DNA of 59,116 bases, the filler included, from Sphacelaria rigidula (Eukaryota): assembly GCA_964200075.2 (NCBI GenBank). It is 10 parts of 10 records of this genome, joined end to end, with 100 filler letters (N's around TTAATTAATTAA, not from the genome) between each part and the next. Parts side by side here need not be neighbours in the genome. Positions count along the whole stretch, not along the records: positions 47,375 to 53,195 come from CAXNAA020024206.1; positions 53,296 to 59,116 come from CAXNAA020024207.1; 8 more parts are not named here. One strand, 5' to 3'. The notes beneath the pieces were generated by a model, which was not told the origin of the DNA, did no database searches, and was given only the letters and a program-made list of their open reading frames with translations. Positions within the stretch are counted from its first letter, which is position 1. The number at the start of each line of letters is the position of its first letter. A program made the position numbers and the translations under genes. Of the stretch, positions 51,500 through 59,116 are shown one piece after another.

Positions 51500-53195
51500 A
51501 GTTGGAGTGAAGCCGATTTTTCTCAGCTCGGAGTCTACCGTTGCGTTCCATACATTGGGACTCTGACGAACACCGTAAAGGGCCCGGCGCAAAAGCATCA
51601 CATGTGCTTGCCCGGTTGTAGCGTTCGTTGTTTCAAATCCAGGTGGCTGCTTGCAAAATACTGTCTCCTGTAGCTTTCCATTCAAAAAGGCTGTTTGAAC
51701 ATCGAGGGCAATTATTGGCCAGTTTTTCGCAGTTGCAATCGCAAGGAGGATTTGCTGGCTCTCGAGTCGGCAGACTGGTGCAAAAGTACTCCCGCAATCA
51801 AATCCGTGTCGTTGTGCCCAACCCTGTACAACTAGTAGGGCCTTGAATCGTCCGTCGGCTTTGACCTTGTAGACTCATCTCGTGCCAATGATGTTATTCG
51901 GCGGAACGTTTCCAGCTGGAATAGTGTCGGCCACGCGATGGTCTTGAATGCTGCGGAGTTCGTCGAGCGTGGCTGCTCTCCACTTTGTTGCGGAAGGTGA
52001 AGAAGATGCTTGTATGTAGTTGTTGGGAACTGGAATCGATGCAGGTGGCACTACGCTTTCTATGCCAACTGTTCCGGTATACTGTAGAACAGTTTCCAGA
52101 GCCATGTATTGCTGTAACGAATGTTCCGCCGTCAGAGCTAATTTACGTAGTTCATTGGACTGCTGTGTAGTCGTTGGAGATGTTGCAGTAGGCTGTTTCA
52201 CACTGCTAGCAGATCGAAGTCGCATTGGATGCGTTGAAGTAGTAGAACTGTCTTCGACATTTTCCAGCTGCTTAATACCTTCAAAAACGTTGTTGTTGAA
52301 GTCGAAATTATTCTGATTAGTGTGTTCCTCATATTGTTGATTGTCGATATTTCCCTCCCAAGTATTCGGAGTTGGGTTTTGCCACAAATTGGTTGGAGCT
52401 CCGGATGTTTGCTCAATGAATGTGACGTTTCTGGAACTACTAATCCTGCCGGAGTGCCGGTCGTAGATGCGGTATGAAGGGCTGTCACTGTCGTACCCTA
52501 TTTGAACTCCCTCCCATGCCTTGTCCTCCAGTTTGTTGAGGTGTCCTTCCTTGTGTACGAACGCACGACAACCTATCGTGCGTATAAACGATAATTTCGC
52601 CTGTTTCCCGAACATCCTGTAGTACGGTGTTTCTCCGTTGATGCTACTATGGGGTAGACGATTCAGAAGAAATACTGCCGTCGCTGCTATTTCACCCCAT
52701 AGGTACTTGGGCAGGTGCCCTTCGTTCAAGAGGCAACGGGTTATGTTGAGAACAGTTTTTCCGTCGCGTTCTGATATACCATTTTGCTGGGGAGTATGTG
52801 GACAGGTCAACTCTTGGAGGGTTCCTGTAGTTTTGCAGTATCGTCGAAAGTAGTCTGCGATATATTCTCCCCCCCGATCCGAACGCAGGCGGTGTACTCG
52901 TAGTCCTAAGGTAATTGCCACGTCTTGAACATACTTGCACGGGGTAGTAACTGCCTCACTTTTTGCCTTGATAAAGTATACAACTTTCAGTCGACTGTAG
53001 TGGTCGGTGAGTTTAGCCATATATCTATATCCTCCTAATGCAGTCGGTGTGATGGGTCCTGACAGATGCGTTGTCACAAGTTGTAGACGCTCAGTCACTG
53101 ATGAAAAGTCCGCGGTCTTCGGATGGTTTTGCTGGGTGCTTTTGTTCAGCATGCAGGTGTCACACGAAGAAAGTGAACCTGTAAACTTGACACCC
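51500..53195 (-). pseudogene. copia integrase and N-terminal RT
   Basis: RSDRGGEY, PQQNGISER, LRRALYGVRQSPNVWN. First integrase Asp appears as His (TTHLSGP), there is a stop at 51875, and RT breaks off at ~51500 before YVDD. Confidence 0.92.
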
Positions 53196-53559
53196 NNNNN
53201 NNNNNNNNNNNNNNNNNNNNNNNNNNNNNNNNNNNNNNNTTAATTAATTAANNNNNNNNNNNNNNNNNNNNNNNNNNNNNNNNNNNNNNNNNNNNCTTGA
53301 GACTACGGACTCATCCCGAGGATGGGGAGGGGTTCAAAGTGTGAGGGAAAAAAAAGAAACACCTCTCTGCTCAAATTGGGACACTCCCGCATCTCCCTCG
53401 ATTACCAAAAAAACTCGGGGGAAAACGCTGCGTTTCTGTATATATTCATACATATTTCCCGGGAAGTTTGTACCTTGGGCGCAGACACACTCGCGCGGGA
53501 AGGGTTGTAAAGGTCGAGTCTGGATTCCGAGCCGACGAATCACCACACACAGGTCTTCA

Positions 53560-54228
53560 TAACGTAAATGACACCGCACTACAGGCGCTTACACTGTTGC
53601 GGGCTCGCACCTCGTCATGTATGACCAATACGGGTCGATCGTGCCTTCTGTTCGTGTTGACAGGCCGACGCGAGGACAGCGCCCGATGTACAACGGGCAC
53701 AAGAGAAAGCACGCCCTCAAGTACCAAGCTGTTGTGACCCCTGATGGCATGTTTGCCTCTCTGTGGGGACTGCTGAATGGATGCCAGCACGACAAGCGTA
53801 TGTTGGAGTTATCTGGTCTGATGAGCTTCGTTGAATGTCGCGTGTACGATGCTGACGGCAGTCCGTACTGCCTGTACGGCGACCCAGCGTACGGGCAGAG
53901 CGAGCACCTGTGCACCCCCTTCGCACCAGAAGTTGGAGCTGGGGAACTAAGTGAAGAGATGAAAGCATTCAAGAAGAGTATGAGCCGGTGCAGGGTTACT
54001 GTCGAATGGTGCTTCAAGGAGGCGACGAACAAGTGCGCTTTTATCGACAGGACCCGCCAGCGGAAGTCCTTGCTGATCCCAGTAGGCACACATTACCGTG
54101 TGTGTGTGTGTGTAATGCTGTCCAACTTGCACTCTTGCCTGAATGGTGGGAATGAGATCTCGCAGTTTTTCGGAGTGTCACCGCCCGCTCTGGACGAATA
54201 CCTTCATGGTGTCGTGAGCCGTTCCTGA
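53560..54228 (+). mobile_element. PIF/Harbinger (HARBI1/DDE_Tnp_4-type) transposase, C-terminal part
   Basis: YNGHKRKHALKYQAVVTPDG, G.QHD, LYGDPAY, MSRCRVTVEWCF, PPALDEYL. The N-terminus is missing or degenerate. Confidence 0.9.
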
Positions 54229-54329
54229 CGAGGAATAAATATTCCCGTTATTGAGGTAGCAATGTCTTCAGAAATTTAGGTACATGTTTCGGTCCATTTT
54301 CATGTCCATACTTTGGGTACTCTCCGTCG

Positions 54330-55200
54330 CTGACTTTTCTTGGTGTGGGGTCCTACCGTACTCCATGGTTGTACATCGCAGTTGCGGTCGTGTGTTATGG
54401 GGCTCTACGACGTCCGTAGCTTCCATTTTGTCTGGTCGCGCTCTCCTTTTCCCCCTTGCCCTGCGTCTCTCCCGCTCTCCCCCCTCTTCATTGTACTCAT
54501 TCCCGTAGGGCTATGCAACGGGTCGTGAGGTGGTTTCCTTCCGTAGGGTCATGGATGATAGCTGTTACCAAAGTTGTGCCACCAAAATAGCTCAAGCGCA
54601 CTTCGTCCCCACGCCTTCACTTGCGCCTCGCATTCTGTTTACTTCTGTCGCGTCCTCTCCTTTGCCTCCAGCGTGTATCCTCGATTCCTCGCCATTGTGT
54701 GTTCGTTCGTCTGTTTGGTTTTCTGATTCCCGTGCGCTCGGTTTACTTCAGTTTCATTACCGGATTAGTCTGATCGCTTCTGCGATCAGCTTCTTTTCCC
54801 CTCATTTCTCCCCAACGGCGACCGCCTGTTTATTTGCATTGGCTTAGTGTGGATGGGTTTGTCGTCCCAGCACTGGCGAGGTCGTCTGGGATCAGTATGT
54901 GCAACAGCAAAAGTAATTATAACAGCCGCCTGTCATCGCAATGGCGAGGGGGGGTCAGGGGGCAGGTGGAGGCCATGTGCTGAAGCACGACAATAGCGTC
55001 GTTGCTAAGCGGTGTTTAATGGCCACGTCTTGCGCAAGATTGTCTACACACTCGATAACGTGCGGCGCTGCCTCAGGTGTATCCGCATGGCTGTTGAGGC
55101 TCAACACGGCAGCGGCGTACTCAATAATCCTCTAGTCTTCCTTCGTAGTCTTGACTGATACCATGCAACCTCTGCATCCATTGGTTGCGCCACAGCGAAC
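54330..55200 (-). pseudogene. Possible decayed convergent Harbinger accessory (Myb/SANT-like) ORF
   Basis: Purine-rich, charged-coding minus strand converging on the transposase, with many stops. Position fits Harbinger two-ORF organisation. Confidence 0.3.
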
Positions 55201-56710
55201 ACGTCACACCAATTTGAACAAGACGAGCATTCAGGGAATTAAGGCGGACGGGAAACTCCCTAAGCCACAGGGAAATTCGATCGCCGTGACCTCAATGTTT
55301 TGCGTGATCCCAAACCTCTTCCGACACGACATCAAGCGCCACCCGCCAAATGCAGGACGTGGTGCGGTACAACCACGCCAAATCGACACGTACCGCGAAA
55401 ACCGCGTACAGCAGACCACCTTTTGACAGTCGGCCTATGTGCAATGCCACGGAAGGGGTGTACATTTTTTTTCTGAGGCTCTGTGCTGGAGAAGCCTGTC
55501 GATGACGAATATATGGGCCTCAGCGTTAAGCCTCGGGAGAAGTTTGTACGGAAAACTGCGCCCCCTATCGTGGCGTTACTCCTATGTACGGAACATGAAG
55601 CAAAATGTAGACAGTGCGATCACCTCTTGTTGGTAATTCCTGCGGCACATCAATTCATTCCCCACATATAACCACCCGTGGTGACTGACGCCACGGGTGA
55701 GGTGCACAAAGTGCTTCTGAGGTTTGAATTTTCTGACGATCTTTAGCTCACCCAATGCACACGCATGACGGATATGACAGCCCGCTCACTCCTGTGGGCC
55801 AGGCATGTATGCCTCGAATGCATGTTGCGACGGGGAATTTCCTGACCCATATTTTGTGCGCCTATTCCTACGAGCCTGAAAATGATACGATATGTGCTCA
55901 AACGTGCAACCCCTCCCGCGGCACGACCCTGGCCACACCACAAACGCACTACACCAACCCGAACCAGAAGCGCCAGCCAGAAGCGCAAATAGGAGGGGGG
56001 GGGGGGGCGTACTCATTTGTTGCTTGCCTTAGTCGTTTGACCATTGACCACGCATCCCTTTCGAGACGGAGTACCGTTCCCACTCCTTATAGAGACACCT
56101 GCAACATTCCGGCGCTCGTTATGTTTGTTCTATACATTACACACAAAACCTTTTACATATCTTATCCCCGTCCGGTTTCGCCGTCTCTGGCCACCATCTA
56201 TCTCCCAGTATAGGAGGGGGAGGGGGGGGGGGGATGAGTTACGGCGGAAGCCTGAGAAACAAAACCGAAGGAAACTGTAGCGAAAACGGTAACAAATGAA
56301 GCGAATGCTACAATAAACAAATAAATGTCTACGTTGCACCCTTGTTCCCCAGGGAAAAAAGCGCCAGAAGATATGTTCTACAAGATCGGCAACGAAGAAA
56401 CACGCGAGTAAACAATATTGAACCATCGTCATCGCCCCCGCCAAGCCCCGCGGCGCAGGCGGCCTCAGAACGAGCATGAAAACCACCTTCCCCCCTCGGA
56501 AATAAACTGTACACGAAAAACACCAGCAGTTCGCTTTTCGCACGAGGCCAACGCACAAGCAAGCAACACATGTTGAATCTGAAACGGGCCAAGCGTGGCA
56601 CCTGTCACGCCCGGCGCCTGTGGTTTTCGGCCTCTTGAAGCTGTATCTTCAGTTTCAGCATGGCAAGCTCGTGCTCTCTATCCTTCTGTCTCTCAGCACG
56701 CGCGAGGGCT

Positions 56711-57127
56711 CTCTCAGCACGCGTGTCCTCTCGGTCCTTATATTTCTCATTACGCGCGTGCTCTCTGTCCTTTTCCCTCTCAGCACGCTCGTCCACGCGC
56801 ACCGTTGCAGCGTATTTGCGTTCCTCTTCCCGCGCGTCCCTATTCTCTTCTCTCTCGAACTCCCTGTGGGACTTCGCCATGTACCTCTCAAATTCCGAGT
56901 TCGAGAGATACATGGCGAAGTCCCGGAGGGAATTCGGGAGAGGAATTTGAGAGGTACATGGCGAAATCCCAGAGGGAATTCGAAAGAGAAGATAATAGGG
57001 ACGCACGGAAGAAGGAACGCGAATGTGCCGCAACGGTGCACGCGGACGAGCGTGCTGACAGAGACAATAATAGAGAGCACGCGTGTAATGAGAAATATGA
57101 GGACAGAGAGGACGCGCGTGCTGAGAG
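56711..57127. repeat. Inverted duplication of an E/R-rich coding segment (~186-bp arms, 45-bp loop)
   Basis: 56711-56896 pairs with 56942-57127. Both arms translate EFERYMAKS.REFERE.NRDAR..RAER in opposite directions. Confidence 0.92.
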
Positions 57128-58175
57128 ACAAGTTCCTATCGTGCTTGGTTTTCAGCTCTGGCATCGGAGGTCATCTGTTGTTGGTGGTCCATTGCGTCTG
57201 CAATACGACTGGCGCCGGAAATCCGCGAGTCGGGTTGGGGAAATCGCGAGCGCGTACGCGGGATTCCATGTCAAGCACGATTGCGTAACGACGAAGAAGC
57301 AAAGGCAACGACTTTTCTCCCCATGAACGTGGCCTGCGAAAGTCCACCGAGTCGGCGCGGCCCAGTCTCATGATTTCGGGGTTAAATCTGGACGCCGCAT
57401 TCATTGCCACCTTAGGGTACGCCACGCACGCGATTGTTGCTCTCCTGCGCATATATATTCGCTGAGGCTGTGAAGGGCACGCAGGATTGGTCCTAATCCC
57501 AATGGGCTTAACATGGGCCGAAATAATATACCTCTTCTGTCCCATAAGTAAAGGTACCTAACGGCGATACATTGTTTAGGTAAACCAGTCGTGGCGACGA
57601 TGTTGTGGTTGGGTTCGTTAGAAAGGCAAAGCGCAGACGAAGCTGATGAACAAAACCCCCCCGAAAAACAAAGACGAAAAACAAAAACTTGTTTTCATCA
57701 CTAAAACCATGTCGAAATATATACCCCATATTGACCCTTTTCGATCTATTTTCCCCCCCTCATTGACCGATTTTGGACGTTTTCACGCGGAGCACTAGCA
57801 ATTACATGCTAACAAAAATGTTGGATGGGGTGTGCGTCGGTTAATGTCACGGACATGACCAAAATCGATGATGGTTTCGCGATTTTCACATTTTTTGGCC
57901 CATTTTTCGCAATTTTTCGTGTCCCCGGGTCTATCATGCTTTCCTGAGAAAACCAGCAAAAAATGGCCGTTTTTGGACCGACTTACTTTTCCTCGACCGC
58001 GCGGCTGCATGGTTCAAGCACAAGCTGCAAATTTTGAACACATTTTCTTGACCCAAAAAACACCGTAGAGTTCATAAATATCGCGGAACAGGAAGTTTAT
58101 ATAAATATATATCGGAACATGAAGCCTTTGGGCTTAGGCTACTGCGCTGCGAACCACCTGTCATTTTTTTCCATC

Positions 58176-58570
58176 TTGATTGACTGATTCGTTGATTGAT
58201 TCATTGATTGATTGATTCATTGTCGCGCTTGAACTCACCCCCCAGGGATCCAGCCGTGGTCGGATGATAGACGTACTCGAAAATAAAAACAAAATTAAAA
58301 CACTCCATGAAGAAAAAGAAGGAACAGAAAAAGTCCAACAGAACGACATAGAGCCGAATTTTCGTCATGCGAGCAATTCTGCAGTGGAAGCGCACTTTCC
58401 GCGCCGCACCTTGCCTCGTTCAGGGGCTCGCAACGATTGTAGATGCACGAGGAGATGGGTCACGGCATCCCCCTTTTCAATTTCATTCGGGAAACGTTTG
58501 GCACGCTAGAATAAGATCCCGGCGTGGTCTGGCATACTTGATAAGTCATGGTTTGGATGAGATGAAAGAC
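58176..58570 (-). mobile_element. Decayed RTE-type LINE 3' fragment with (ATCA)n tail
   Basis: ARKVRFHCRIARMTKIRL resembles the RTE C-terminal RR..F.G.vARM...RLP motif and is followed by a microsatellite tail. Confidence 0.45.
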
Positions 58571-58979
58571 CTCCTGACAATTTTAATCTCGCCAAGATTT
58601 TGCACCCCTACGGTAGCATCAGTCGTGATAAACCCTGCTGCCGGACATGCGGGAGTTTCGGGATGCGCACATGGCAACAAAAATAAACACTATGCATGCG
58701 ATATCTCTTGCGATTCTCACCGCCCCTTCCACAACACGAGTGCAGCGTGCGCGGTCTGCGTCCGCGCGGCATTTCTGCGGCAGAGGAGTGCTGCAGGTGC
58801 GGCAGCAGAGCCACCGAATAGAGGCGCGGTTTATTGGGCAGGAAGCGTGCGATTCCGACTATGAGAAATGTCGCGTGTCCTACTCACTGCTACACCTCGG
58901 TTAAACTGCATGACGCACACGATTAGTCAGCAGCTGTCAAATGGTATCGTTTAGAGAAGCCCATGGTCATGGCATGGTC

Positions 58980-59116
58980 GTTGTGTGTGTGTGTTGTCAT
59001 CCCATCTATTCTGGACGCCGGTCTACACCTTTCTGTATATGTGGGCGCACCAGCCGGGGTCACACAGGAGAAAGGTCAACACAGCAGTTTTCTTCCTTTT
59101 ATTTGTTCTTCGTACT
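58980..59116 (-). mobile_element. SINE 3' part, same family as 2238-2340
   Basis: CCCATCTATTC.GGACG.CGGTCTACACCTT..GCACCAGCCGGGGTCACACAGGAG. Confidence 0.85.

Larger units (their letters stand above)
47375..53195 (-). mobile_element. Ty1/copia LTR retrotransposon, circularly permuted one-LTR contig, defective
   Basis: Minus-strand order is IN-RT(partial)-extra ORF-PPT-LTR-PBS-gag-PR-IN start. 47375-47501 is identical to 53069-53195 (127 bp). Confidence 0.95.

Overview
Eukaryotic, intron-rich and TE-rich nuclear DNA of roughly balanced GC. A stramenopile, most likely a brown alga, is my inference from the repeat style, GT-AG introns, gene content and TTAGGG-like hexamers. The window is not one locus. 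It is ten size-sorted contigs (six of 5822 bp, four of 5821 bp) joined by 100-bp N44-TTAATTAATTAA-N44 linkers, so adjacency across linkers means nothing. Spliced gene fragments reconstructed by hand: a TrmK-like tRNA m1A22 methyltransferase, a PKD/polycystin-like membrane exon, an RRM protein resembling the N-terminus of an RNA-dependent RNA polymerase, a GT11-like fucosyltransferase (candidate for fucoidan synthesis), an SH3-like + two-UBZ zinc-finger protein, a TRAIP-like C-terminus and one FabF exon. Mobile DNA: a one-LTR circularly permuted Ty1/copia element lacking the RT C-terminus and RNase H but carrying an extra 3' ORF, a decayed Ty3/gypsy with an 88-bp tandem array, a Harbinger transposase, hAT and RTE remnants, tRNA-derived SINEs and many nested palindromic MITEs. 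One MITE family has TGT...ACA ends, a 5-bp TSD and an expanding telomere-like core. All identifications come from motif recognition; no searches were run.
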